Notes under the pieces: generated by a model
Seen by the model: only the letters and a program-made list of their open reading frames with translations
Database searches by the model: none
What the model was told of the DNA's origin: nothing
DNA from: Rhodothermales bacterium
Lineage (GTDB): Bacteria > Bacteroidota > Rhodothermia > Rhodothermales > VXPQ01
Assembly: GCA_040904565.1 (NCBI GenBank)
Contig: JBBDTI010000042.1
Span: forward strand, 1 to 39,495
Direction of reading: 5' to 3'
DNA length: 39,495 nt
In this document: positions 18,794 to 27,776 of the stretch, in pieces
Layout of the letters: every line of letters begins with the position of its first letter
How positions within the stretch are numbered: position 1 is the stretch's first letter
Program-made: the position numbers and the translations under genes

Positions 18794-19642
18794 CTATCGA
18801 ACGATCTCTTTCAGCAGGCGCGCAAACTCTTTCCGTCCGACACGCCGGTCTTTCACCCGAATACGGTACAGCGTCCGCCCGGCCAGCGCCAGGACCCGGT
18901 CTTTCATCGCATCCTTTTCGCGGCGTGGATCGGTATCGTGATGCGGACTGTCGAGCTCGAAAAAGTAGCAGGGCCGGTAGCCGTCCTGCTGATCGAACAC
19001 GACGCAATCCACCATCCCGCGAAAAAAATACTGTCGTTCGGCGGCAGTGAGATCGTCCTTCAATCGCTCGAAATCAAGCAGACTGCTCAACGCTACGTTA
19101 GGATAGGCGAAGTAGGAGGCAAAGACCTCCCGGACGGCCATGAAGAAGGCTTCTTCCTGCCTGGATCGAAACAGGCTCTTCGTGCGATCGACGCCCGCCT
19201 CGGCGTGGGTTTCGTCGAGCCGGATGCGGTCGTCCATCGAGTGCTTCACCGGCCGGCGCAGGTCATGCCGTTGGAGCACGTCGGCGCACACGGCGTTCTC
19301 GGGGCAGTGCCGGGCATACCCCACGGCGGACTGTGGCCGATCCGCGTGCAGCGACACGAGGTGCTCGACCGCCGCTTCGAAGTGATCGTCTCGCAGCGCG
19401 TGGTACCCTCCCGCGTGCAGAAGGAACAGTTTCTCCAGCTTCGGCAGCATCGCAGCCGGATCCTCTTCCGGGAGGCGCTCGAAGAACGTCTCCTCGAACA
19501 CATCAACGGCATGGGACAGGAGCGCATTCTCCGCGACGGCGTCTCGATGGCGGTGCACGAGATCGAGCAGCTCCGTCCACCGCTCCTCATAAAGTAGCCG
19601 GTAGACGGTTTCATGATCGACGGCGGCATCTGCTTGAGACAT
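18794..19642 (-). CDS. DUF2726 domain protein with helical N-terminal region
   Basis: C-terminal LFRSRQEEAFF..YPNVALSSLL..VDCVVFD..FELDSPHHD..KDAMKDRVLALAG resembles DUF2726 (PD-(D/E)XK-like). Start ATG 19642 is inferred. Confidence 0.8.
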   Translation of the reverse strand: MSQADAAVDHETVYRLLYEERWTELLDLVHRHRDAVAENALLSHAVDVFEETFFERLPEEDPAAMLPKLEKLFLLHAGGYHALRDDHFEAAVEHLVSLHADRPQSAVGYARHCPENAVCADVLQRHDLRRPVKHSMDDRIRLDETHAEAGVDRTKSLFRSRQEEAFFMAVREVFASYFAYPNVALSSLLDFERLKDDLTAAERQYFFRGMVDCVVFDQQDGYRPCYFFELDSPHHDTDPRREKDAMKDRVLALAGRTLYRIRVKDRRVGRKEFARLLKEIVR

Positions 19643-19814
19643 GGCCTCCGGCACGGTTCGGTGATAGATCGACGGACGCGCACAAAGTAGGAAATTTTTG
19701 GAGGCGCGAGCCATCGCACGGCGGACGGAGCATCCTCTCTGGATCGCGCGTCTTATCTTTTTACCGTCCGATGAATCCTTTAACCACGCACGGCGACGAT
19801 CGGCGACCGAACGC

Positions 19815-21023
19815 ATGAATCATCATCCATGGCGACGCGTGGGCGGAACCTGGGGCGTCGTCCTCGTTCTGCTCGCCGTTCTTCCCGCCGGAGCGCAGCA
19901 CCTGCCCGCCAGGGGAACGGCATCGACCTTCGAGGCGGCGACGTGGAACATCAACTGGTTTGGTTCGCCGGCGAACGGCCCATCCGACGAGGAGCAGCAG
20001 CTCCGCAACGTTGCTCGCGTCATCCGGGAATCCGAGATAGACCTGTGGGCCGTTCAGGAGATCGACGACGCGGCGCATTTCCAGCGACTGCTCGACGAGC
20101 TGGGTGCGGAATGGGCGGGGGAGATCAGCCGCACCGGCTCGAACTTCAAGCTCGGATTCGTATATCGGAGGGACGTGATTTTCGTGCGGCAAAAATCGGC
20201 GATTCTGACGTCGCACGCCGCTGACTTCGCGGGACGCCCGCCCCTTCAGATCGAGGCCGACGTGATGCTGCCGGCCGACACGCTCCAGGTCGTTTTCATC
20301 AATCTCCACATGAAGGCGTTCGGCGACGACCGGTCGTACGATCAGCGAGTTGCGGGAGCCCGTCTCCTGAAGGAGCACGTCGACATACACCTGACTCATC
20401 GAGCGGTCGTCATACTGGGCGATTTCAACGACGAGCTCGGGTCGTCCATCAGCAACGGCCGGCCATCGCCCTATCAGGAACTTTTGGAGGCGTCGGACGA
20501 ATACGCGTTTCTTAGCTGGACGCTCGACGTACGGGATGCCCGGACCTTCTGTGCGACGTCTACCTGCAGCGCCGGGTCGACGTTCGACCACATTCTGGTT
20601 ACGAACGAGATCGTCGACGCGTACGACGTGGCGTCCGCCGAGACTTACGCCGAGGTGCTTGGGATCGTGGAGGGGTATACGACGACGACGTCCGACCATC
20701 TTCCCGTGTACGCGCGCTTCGGGACGGGATCGAGCACAGGCTATGAGCGACGTTCAGGAAGGACTTCGCCGTCGCTCACCGTCTACCCCAATCCGTTCGT
20801 GGCCTCGACCGCGATTGAATATGAGATGAACGTGCCGGGACCGGCCGGGCTGACGTTATACGACGTCATGGGACGCGTCGTACGACGCCACGTCGATCCG
20901 TATCGCGCCACCGGCATGCACCGGTTTCGTGTGGATGGAAGCGGGCTGGCCGCCGGCGTCTACATGGCCCAGGTCGACGCGCCGGGAGGGCGCCTGACGG
21001 CCCGCGTCGTACGCATTCATTGA
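19815..21023 (+). CDS. Endonuclease/exonuclease/phosphatase family protein with T9SS C-terminal sorting domain
   Basis: Signal peptide, ATWNINWF, AVQEI, HMKA, GDFND, DHIL and SDHLPV. CTD motifs YPNPF..YDVMGR..AAGVYM. Confidence 0.9.
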   Translation: MNHHPWRRVGGTWGVVLVLLAVLPAGAQHLPARGTASTFEAATWNINWFGSPANGPSDEEQQLRNVARVIRESEIDLWAVQEIDDAAHFQRLLDELGAEWAGEISRTGSNFKLGFVYRRDVIFVRQKSAILTSHAADFAGRPPLQIEADVMLPADTLQVVFINLHMKAFGDDRSYDQRVAGARLLKEHVDIHLTHRAVVILGDFNDELGSSISNGRPSPYQELLEASDEYAFLSWTLDVRDARTFCATSTCSAGSTFDHILVTNEIVDAYDVASAETYAEVLGIVEGYTTTTSDHLPVYARFGTGSSTGYERRSGRTSPSLTVYPNPFVASTAIEYEMNVPGPAGLTLYDVMGRVVRRHVDPYRATGMHRFRVDGSGLAAGVYMAQVDAPGGRLTARVVRIH

Positions 21024-22333
21024 TCGCTGGATCGGCTCGACGTTTCCCCGCTAGCGACGCGCTCCACCTCATCCATCACGCGAAGCACGTTGCCACCGAG
21101 AATTTTATTGATGTCTTCCTCGGAATAGCCTCGCCTGAGCAGCTCGTAAGTGATCCAGGGAAGGCGCGTAACGTCTTGCAATCCGGCCGGCACATCGAAG
21201 ATGCCGTCGAAGTCGGATCCGAGTCCGACGTGATCGACGCCGGCCACGTCGACGGCATGCTCGATGTGGTCGACGACGTCGGAGAGGGTAGCCCCGGGAA
21301 GCTCGCGCTCTCGGATGAGATCGTAGATCACGCTCCACATGTCATTGAGGCTGGTCCGGCGGCCGCCGAGCCGTTCGTAGGCTTCCGCCATCACGTCCTC
21401 CGTCAGATGCGGATTCACAACGGCGTCGAAGAAATTGATCATGACCAGCCCGCCGTTGTCGGCAAGGGCACGCAGCATGTCGTCGTCTACGTTGCGGACG
21501 TTATCCACGAGGGCTCGGGCCGAAGAATGAGAGAGGAGGACGGGTGCGTTCGAGGCGTCGAGGGCGTCGTAGAACGTCGCGTCCGAAACATGCGATAGGT
21601 CTACGGCGACGCCGAGCCGGTTCATGTGCTTCACCAGCGCGCGTCCGTGGTCCGTCAACCCGCCCCACCGCGGCGGGGACTGCGAGGACTCCGCCCACGA
21701 GTTGTTGTTCACGTGCGTAAGCGTGACGTAGCGAATGCCGGCCTCATACAGCGCCTTCAGGGTGTCTACCGAGGCGGCCAGCGCGTTTCCCCCTTCGAGT
21801 CCGAGCAGTACGGCCTTGCGGCCCGACGTCGCGATGCGTCGGACGTCGTCGGCCGTAAGCGCGAGCTCGGCGCTGTCGGGCACGGCCTCAACCTGGCGTT
21901 TCACCGCCTCGATCTGGAGGAGTGCCCGTGCTACGGCCCGATGTCCTTCCCCATAGTGATGGGCGATGTAGACGGAGAAAAAGGCGGCGTCGAGTCCGCC
22001 TTCGTACATCCGCGGTAGATCCACGTGCGCGGCATGGGAGGGATGGCGCACCCTGAAATCGTACGCGTCGTCGACCATGAGCGACGGTACGTCCACGTGT
22101 CCGTCCACTACGATCGCGTCGTAGTGGATGCGTAAGGCGCGCTCCCAGAGCGTGTCTCCCCTGATCAGGACGCGGGCGCGGATGGGCGACATGCGTATGG
22201 CGCCTCCGTCCGTCTCCAGCGTGTCGCTGGGCGGCGAGTATTCAACCGGACCGACCGGTGAAGCGCCACGAACGGTCGCTGCGGCGACCACGACGACTAG
22301 CAGGGGCAGGAAGGGTACCGTCGCAGCGCGCAT
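21017..22333 (-). CDS. Membrane dipeptidase (peptidase M19), secreted
   Basis: VVDGHVD, LGLEGG, TLTH, DLSHVS, SHSS and GLGSDFDG. Signal peptide from ATG 22333. Confidence 0.92.
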   Translation of the reverse strand: MRAATVPFLPLLVVVVAAATVRGASPVGPVEYSPPSDTLETDGGAIRMSPIRARVLIRGDTLWERALRIHYDAIVVDGHVDVPSLMVDDAYDFRVRHPSHAAHVDLPRMYEGGLDAAFFSVYIAHHYGEGHRAVARALLQIEAVKRQVEAVPDSAELALTADDVRRIATSGRKAVLLGLEGGNALAASVDTLKALYEAGIRYVTLTHVNNNSWAESSQSPPRWGGLTDHGRALVKHMNRLGVAVDLSHVSDATFYDALDASNAPVLLSHSSARALVDNVRNVDDDMLRALADNGGLVMINFFDAVVNPHLTEDVMAEAYERLGGRRTSLNDMWSVIYDLIRERELPGATLSDVVDHIEHAVDVAGVDHVGLGSDFDGIFDVPAGLQDVTRLPWITYELLRRGYSEEDINKILGGNVLRVMDEVERVASGETSSRSSDQ

Positions 22334-22471
22334 AAGGAGGTTCGCTTGTGTCGCAAAGGCGCAGGGAGAAAATGGCCCGCGGAGTGAGGAGGATATGAAA
22401 ACGGCCGGTCTGCCGCTATGGGCAGGCCGGCCGTCGGGTTTTCTCATGGCGTCCCGCCATCTCGGGGGGGC

Positions 22472-22570
22472 GGCCAGCACGTCGGTCGACGCCCCCGAAT
22501 ACCCGTCACGCGTTACGGAAACGCGCAGCTCCATCGTGCTGTCGACCTCCACGTCGAAGGCATACGCGCC
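22472..22570 (-). pseudogene. Possible gene remnant resembling a carboxypeptidase-regulatory/Ig-like beta-sandwich segment
   Basis: GAYAFDVEVDSTMELRVSVTRDGYSGASTDVLA has a clear beta-strand pattern (G-x-Y-x-F...V-T-R-D-G-Y) and is flanked by non-protein-like translation. Confidence 0.35.
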
Positions 22571-22747
22571 TACCGAACCGGCAGCTCGTCCCTCGGAAGG
22601 CGGCGGCGCCCAGCGCCAACCGGAGCGAGATCACACAATAGTTGCACGTCGGGCGAATCGGGCAATGGGTGTACAATGTATGGATGAGGTACGCTCGCTT
22701 TACCGTGCGGGCTTAACTCAGTCCTGATACATCATCACACAGCGCAC

Positions 22748-23257
22748 ATGCCTAAGACGATCTTTTCATCCCTCCTTTTTGTCCTGCTGGTTCTGCTCGT
22801 AGGGGGCTGCGATTCAGGTGACCCCATCGATGAACCGCATCCGAGAGACGTGGCCGGGCTGTACAACTTCACGGAGTTTACGTTCGAGCCGAGCGGAACC
22901 GCGTTTCAGCCGATCATCGTCCTGGATACGCTCGTGCAGTCTGAAACCAATCTTCGCCTCTCGAGCGGCGGCAATTTCATCCTTTCGTACCAGTTCATCA
23001 ACGGGGATGTATTCTTTCCCGCCGGCAACTTTGCCGTAACCGCGTCTACCGTACGGCTGAACGGGGAGGACACGTATCGGCCGCAGTTCGAGCAATTGCT
23101 TCTGACCGACGAGTTCACGCTGCGTCGAAGCGTCGACGAGCCGGGTCTGCTCACCGCCTCGATTTCGAAAACCATCAACCCATCCGAGTTTTCGGACCGA
23201 TATGCGGGAGTGACCGAGATGTCCGGCACGCTGAAGCTTCGGCTGGTCAAAGAATAA
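22748..23257 (+). CDS. Hypothetical lipoprotein, beta-rich (lipocalin-like pattern)
   Basis: Lipobox LVGGC-D, VAGLYNFT near the N-terminus, and alternating beta-strand pattern. Confidence 0.82.
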   Translation: MPKTIFSSLLFVLLVLLVGGCDSGDPIDEPHPRDVAGLYNFTEFTFEPSGTAFQPIIVLDTLVQSETNLRLSSGGNFILSYQFINGDVFFPAGNFAVTASTVRLNGEDTYRPQFEQLLLTDEFTLRRSVDEPGLLTASISKTINPSEFSDRYAGVTEMSGTLKLRLVKE

Positions 23258-23313
23258 CTGCCGCGGGCGACCTTACCCTTGTATCTATGGCGGATTAGCG
23301 TCTCTGAAGGATT

Positions 23314-25545
23314 ATGCCTCGACCCACAATAGACTACGGTTCCTCACGGCACCTCATCTCCATTTTTCTTCTAATGTTTTTCGGCATCACGACCGCCCAC
23401 GCACAGGTGCGCGGCCTGAGCTATACGCTGTCTCCGGTCGGCGAGCAGATCTTCTTTGGTGACAACGCGGGAATGGAGCGCGGTTTCGTCTACGGCGGCG
23501 AGGTCGGCTTCGGGTTCGGACGCCTTGTGGAGCTGCATGCCGTCTACCTGAGAAACGACGGATTATCCACCGACTTCGGTACCGTCAGCGGCATCACGGA
23601 GGAGACGCGCGAATTGCTCGTGGGACTCCCGTCTCGATCGGTGAACATGCAGCGATACGGTGGAAAGCTGCGCCTTAACGCTCCAATAGAAAATGTCGTC
23701 CCCTTCGGGTTCGTCGGTGCGGGTATCGTTCGCTTGGAGCCGGAGCATCTCAATCCGACGCGCACGATCTACCTGGGCGCCGGGGCCGGCGTTCAGTTTG
23801 CGTTCGGGGGACGTTACGCACTGGCTCTTTCAGCGGAACGGTTTAGCTACCGGTACAATCTAGGCTCCACCTTTTTCGACGGCCTGGATCTGGCCGATCT
23901 CGGTCTGGCTCCGGAGAGCTTCAATCAGATTGACGTGAATAACTGGGCCTATAGGGCTGGCCTGCAGATATACGTCGGAGGCAGGGCGCCGGGCGAAGAG
24001 ACGTCGCTCGACCGTGCGCTGCGCGAGCAGATTTCGGGCGGGTTTCGAGGCTTGAGTCTTCGCTTCGAGCCTGCCGTGAGCACGCTGGCTTTCCACGAAG
24101 ACCTGGGGTTTCGAGGGGACCAGCGCTTCGTCGGACTCTATGCAGGTTTGAATCTGGGACCCTACGTCGGCGCCCGTGCCTTTTACTGGCGCGCGCTCGA
24201 ACAGGGCGGACTGAACCTGGAAGCGCTGCAGGCCTACGGAGGCGAAGTACGCTTCGAGTTGGGCGTCAGTCAGTCTCTGGCGCCCTATCTCATGGCGGGT
24301 GGGGGCTACATGGATGTGCTCGAGGGGTACGTCGGGCGGGAAGGCCGGACTCCCGGAGACGAGCCGTTCGTCCTCGTAGGCGCCGGTGCGTCGCTCCCAC
24401 TCAGCGAGTCGCTGTCGCTCAACGCGAGCGCCCGATCCGTGCTCATGGGTGAGGAGGGGGTCGACAATGTCGACGATCCGGGGCAGGTGCGCTCGAGCTG
24501 GATGTATTCGGCCGGACTGAATTTCGCCTTCGGGAGAAGCACAACCACGGCATCTAGCGCCTTCGAGACGGCGATGGATCGAGGCGATGCGGAATTGCGT
24601 GATGAATTGCAGCGCTCGGAGGCCAGGATCGACTCGCTGGCGCGAGTTCTCGACCGCTTGCAGTTGGGTGTGCCGGCTGCCGCCTCGTCCGATTCGGTCG
24701 CAGCGGGGCAGCTCGTGACTGAAGAGGGACGGAGAGCGCCGGCTCGCGAACCGCGAATGGTCACGCTGCCGCTTCCCGAGGAGGGCGAACTCTACATACG
24801 ATTCGGCCGTCCCGGCGGCGTCAGCATTGAAACCGTTACGGAAGATGGGGAAGTCGTCCGTTCGCCAGGGAACGCGGCTGGATTGACGTCCGACCAGATC
24901 GACGAGATCGTCCGCGCGACGGTGCGCGAGCAGCTAGGTGGTTCGGGGGATGCCGCCGTGACGAATGAACAGATCGTCCGTATCGAACAGATGCTGGATC
25001 AGCGACTCGACGCCATGGAAGAGCGTCTGCAGGCACAGATCGAAAGCGATCGGCAGCGGTTCGAGCGGCAAACGACGCCCTCCACCGTCGTGATAGACCG
25101 ATCGGGATCGTCCGCTTCCACTCGTTCCAGTGGTCCGCGCGCCGTGAAGCCCTTCACGGGAGCGATGTTCGGGACACCCGATATGGGTGTGGTTGGATTT
25201 CGACTGGACATGGATGCATCGCTGCTGGGTCCCATCGACCTTCAACCCGAGTTTGCGCTGGGCTTCGGAGCGGGCACGTACGCCTATCACGTCAGCGTCG
25301 ACGCCATATACGATCTGACGTTCATGCAGCGATCTCTCGGGGGTGCCCTGCCATACGTTGGACTGGGAGGGGGGATGCTGGGCTTCAACGACAGTCCCGC
25401 CGATACGCCGGGCGTTCAGCTTACGGTCAACAGCCGCATCGGCGCCGATTTCGACCTGCCGTGGGGCCGGTTTTTTGGGGAGTATGCAGCGTATGACGCG
25501 TTCACATTTAACCGAATCGTCTTAGGGTACCGATTCGGCCTATGA
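23314..25545 (+). CDS. Outer-membrane protein with three predicted OMP beta-barrel domains and a coiled-coil linker
   Basis: Signal peptide (AHA-Q). Barrel-like segments at about 23404-23985, 24050-24535 and 25140-25542, each with P(F/Y)xxxG(A/G)G and terminal GLQIY/GLNFAF/GYRF strands. Heptad-rich acidic linker. Confidence 0.8.
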   Translation: MPRPTIDYGSSRHLISIFLLMFFGITTAHAQVRGLSYTLSPVGEQIFFGDNAGMERGFVYGGEVGFGFGRLVELHAVYLRNDGLSTDFGTVSGITEETRELLVGLPSRSVNMQRYGGKLRLNAPIENVVPFGFVGAGIVRLEPEHLNPTRTIYLGAGAGVQFAFGGRYALALSAERFSYRYNLGSTFFDGLDLADLGLAPESFNQIDVNNWAYRAGLQIYVGGRAPGEETSLDRALREQISGGFRGLSLRFEPAVSTLAFHEDLGFRGDQRFVGLYAGLNLGPYVGARAFYWRALEQGGLNLEALQAYGGEVRFELGVSQSLAPYLMAGGGYMDVLEGYVGREGRTPGDEPFVLVGAGASLPLSESLSLNASARSVLMGEEGVDNVDDPGQVRSSWMYSAGLNFAFGRSTTTASSAFETAMDRGDAELRDELQRSEARIDSLARVLDRLQLGVPAAASSDSVAAGQLVTEEGRRAPAREPRMVTLPLPEEGELYIRFGRPGGVSIETVTEDGEVVRSPGNAAGLTSDQIDEIVRATVREQLGGSGDAAVTNEQIVRIEQMLDQRLDAMEERLQAQIESDRQRFERQTTPSTVVIDRSGSSASTRSSGPRAVKPFTGAMFGTPDMGVVGFRLDMDASLLGPIDLQPEFALGFGAGTYAYHVSVDAIYDLTFMQRSLGGALPYVGLGGGMLGFNDSPADTPGVQLTVNSRIGADFDLPWGRFFGEYAAYDAFTFNRIVLGYRFGL

Positions 25546-26453
25546 GTCGATCTGCTATGACGTCTGTCGCATGCGTGTTCGTATTGCTGACCGCCTTTCC
25601 TGCACTCGGACAGGCACAACCGGATACGACCGGCCGCACGATCACCATCCCTGTACCCGATGAGGGGATCATCTACATCCGATCGGGCCCACCCGGAGGC
25701 GTACGCATCCGGTCGCTGCGAACCGCGCAGGGTCGCCGGGTGGACACGGGCGGCGACGATCTCGAACGTCCGGACGTCGCCGCCGTCGATCTCGAACGGC
25801 TGGCCCGGGTCTTCGATCGTCAGGGCCTCGATCTGGACGCCGAATACGTGCGCTCGGGCGGCCGCGACGTGATCGTCCTCCGTGATGCGAATACCGGGCA
25901 GGCCGCCGACACCCTTTCTGTTGCGGAAGCAGCGGAACTGGTGGAGAGTTTCGCGGACGAAGCTCTTCGTGGAGAGGATATCGATGGGGCCGTTGCCGCG
26001 GGCGATGACGGGGGCGTTTCCGATGGTCTCAACGAGGTACGTCCAGACTCGAGCCTGGTGGCCGTCGTAGAGCGGTTGATGCTGGACAAAGGGGTGTTTC
26101 GGTCGCTGCAGGTGAACTTTGAATTCGACCGTAGCGAGCTTCTGCCTTCGTCCCGGCCGACGATCGAGGCGGTCGCGGACGTTCTCAACAGGTATCCCGA
26201 CCTTCAGGTCGAGGTAGCCGGACACACCGACTCGATCGGGACGGCGTCTTACAATCAGGCGCTGTCGGAACGTCGGGCGGCACGTGTTGCGGACGATCTC
26301 ACCGCTCTCGGCATCGACGCCGATCGACTCCGTGCCACCGGTTACGGGGAAACACGCCCCATCCTTTCAAACGACTCGCCGACGGGAAGGGTGTTGAACA
26401 GGCGGGTTGAATTTAGAGTGCTCGACGGAGCCGCCATCGACGTACAAGACTAG
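25542..26453 (+). CDS. OmpA C-terminal (peptidoglycan-binding) domain protein without its own barrel
   Basis: Signal peptide, VNFEFDRSEL, VAGHTDSIG..YNQALSERRA, GYGETRP and NRRVEF. ATGA overlap with the upstream gene. Confidence 0.92.
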   Translation: MSRSAMTSVACVFVLLTAFPALGQAQPDTTGRTITIPVPDEGIIYIRSGPPGGVRIRSLRTAQGRRVDTGGDDLERPDVAAVDLERLARVFDRQGLDLDAEYVRSGGRDVIVLRDANTGQAADTLSVAEAAELVESFADEALRGEDIDGAVAAGDDGGVSDGLNEVRPDSSLVAVVERLMLDKGVFRSLQVNFEFDRSELLPSSRPTIEAVADVLNRYPDLQVEVAGHTDSIGTASYNQALSERRAARVADDLTALGIDADRLRATGYGETRPILSNDSPTGRVLNRRVEFRVLDGAAIDVQD

Positions 26454-26484
26454 TCTTACGGGAATAAAAGAGAGTTACGCTGCC

Positions 26485-26643
26485 ATGGACGTACTACGCA
26501 TCATCATTGCCGTTCTCCTGCCCCCACTGGGCGTTTTTCTGCAGGTCGGTCTGGGAGCGCAGTTCTGGATCAACATCCTGCTGACGCTCCTCGGCTACGT
26601 ACCGGGGATTGTCCACGCCGTTTGGATCATCGCGAAGCGGTGA
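26485..26643 (+). CDS. YqaE/Pmp3 family small membrane protein
   Basis: MDVLRIIIAVLLPPLGVFLQVG..FWINILLTLLGYVPGIVHAVWII is a canonical Pmp3 sequence. Confidence 0.93.
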   Translation: MDVLRIIIAVLLPPLGVFLQVGLGAQFWINILLTLLGYVPGIVHAVWIIAKR

Positions 26644-26656
26644 TTGCGGCAGTCGC

Positions 26657-27076
26657 CTAGTCGTCGTCTTCGTCCGTCGGATTGGCGTCGGCGGGACGGA
26701 CATCCCACATCAACATCGACTCGATATCGGCGAAGTCTTCCTCGTCGCTCTGGTCCACAAAGCGGTAGTCGCCAAGCTCGTCACGCTTCGGCTCCGGTAC
26801 ACGGAACCACTGCACTCCTTCTCGATCCACAAATTCATCCGGAAACGGACTCTGGACGCGATAGGAGGGATGGTATGAACGATAGATCTTATCGGCATCG
26901 TACAGGGCGGCTCGGCGTGCGCCCGCTTTCGATTGGCTTTCCCCCGACACGCGGAACGGGGCTACCGTGATCGTCGCACGGAAATACTCGTCTTCCATCT
27001 CCGTGTATTCCGGCCGCATGACCTTAAATTCTTCGGGATGCGGATAAGCGCTCCGTTCTACGGTTTCCTGCAACAT
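26657..27076 (-). CDS. Hypothetical protein
   Basis: 139-aa ORF with normal composition that fills the gap between Pmp3 and the divergent acidic ORF. Confidence 0.75.
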   Translation of the reverse strand: MLQETVERSAYPHPEEFKVMRPEYTEMEDEYFRATITVAPFRVSGESQSKAGARRAALYDADKIYRSYHPSYRVQSPFPDEFVDREGVQWFRVPEPKRDELGDYRFVDQSDEEDFADIESMLMWDVRPADANPTDEDDD

Positions 27077-27305
27077 GTTCGACTCGATATATGACCAAGA
27101 GTAGGCGTGACACGGACGACCGTGGCGTGCTATAAACTAAGCAGCCGCCGGTGGGGTCCGTGTACGTGTTCAAGTTTGACAGGAAAAAGGCCGATACGTT
27201 TGTTAATTTTTGCGTCGTGCGTCCTAAGAGCTGTTGCTATTTGTGAAGCGGACTGCCGTACCTTTATCGTGCGGCCTCACCTATCCACCAGTATGTATGA
27301 TGATT

Positions 27306-27521
27306 ATGGCACCCTTTTCCTACGAGATGGACGAGCAGGATGTCCTCGATTATCCGATGGCTTTTGAAGACGACGATCTCGATTTCGAGTCGGACGACGA
27401 TCTCGATGATTTTGACGACGACTTCGACGACGACGACGATTTCGATTTCGATGATGATGAAGACTTCGACTTCGACGACGACGACTTTGAGGACGACGAC
27501 TTCGACGAAGACGACCTGTAG
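27306..27521 (+). CDS. Hyper-acidic Asp/Phe-repeat small protein (71 aa)
   Basis: MAPFSYEMDEQDVLDYPMAFEDDDLDFESDDD...DEDDL*. 43 of 71 residues are D/E and none are K/R. Mixed synonymous codons, followed by a terminator. Confidence 0.65.
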   Translation: MAPFSYEMDEQDVLDYPMAFEDDDLDFESDDDLDDFDDDFDDDDDFDFDDDEDFDFDDDDFEDDDFDEDDL

Positions 27522-27591
27522 TCCCGCGGGGTGCTCCCGGATTGGGATCGAAGGCGTGCCTCCGGATTGAAACCACGAGTATTTGCATCGG

Positions 27592-27622
27592 GCCTCGCGC
27601 TTTCTCGGCGTGGGGCTTTTTT
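27592..27622 (+). terminator. Rho-independent terminator
   Basis: GCCTCGCGC-TTTCTCG-GCGTGGGGC stem (two G:U pairs) followed by TTTTTT. Confidence 0.8.
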
Positions 27623-27776
27623 CCTGGCGCACCCTGCTTCCGTGACTCCTCCTGTTCGCGGGTGGCGCGCCGTCCGGTTCGCAGAGAGAATGGGGGCCCG
27701 GCGTGCCTTCTCCCTCGGGGGATGGAGAGCGTCCCGTCCGATCTGAGCCCTCGATCTCGACTTACAGCGCCAAACG

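Noticed and set aside
22707-22730. GCGGGCTTAACTCAGT resembles a tRNA 5' end
   Set aside because: No D-loop GG, anticodon arm, TTCGA T-loop or matching acceptor stem follows.
27522-27770. Possible Moco riboswitch or other ncRNA upstream of the molybdoenzyme genes
   Set aside because: I could not match a known consensus by eye. Only the terminator hairpin is supported; an Infernal/Rfam scan would be needed.
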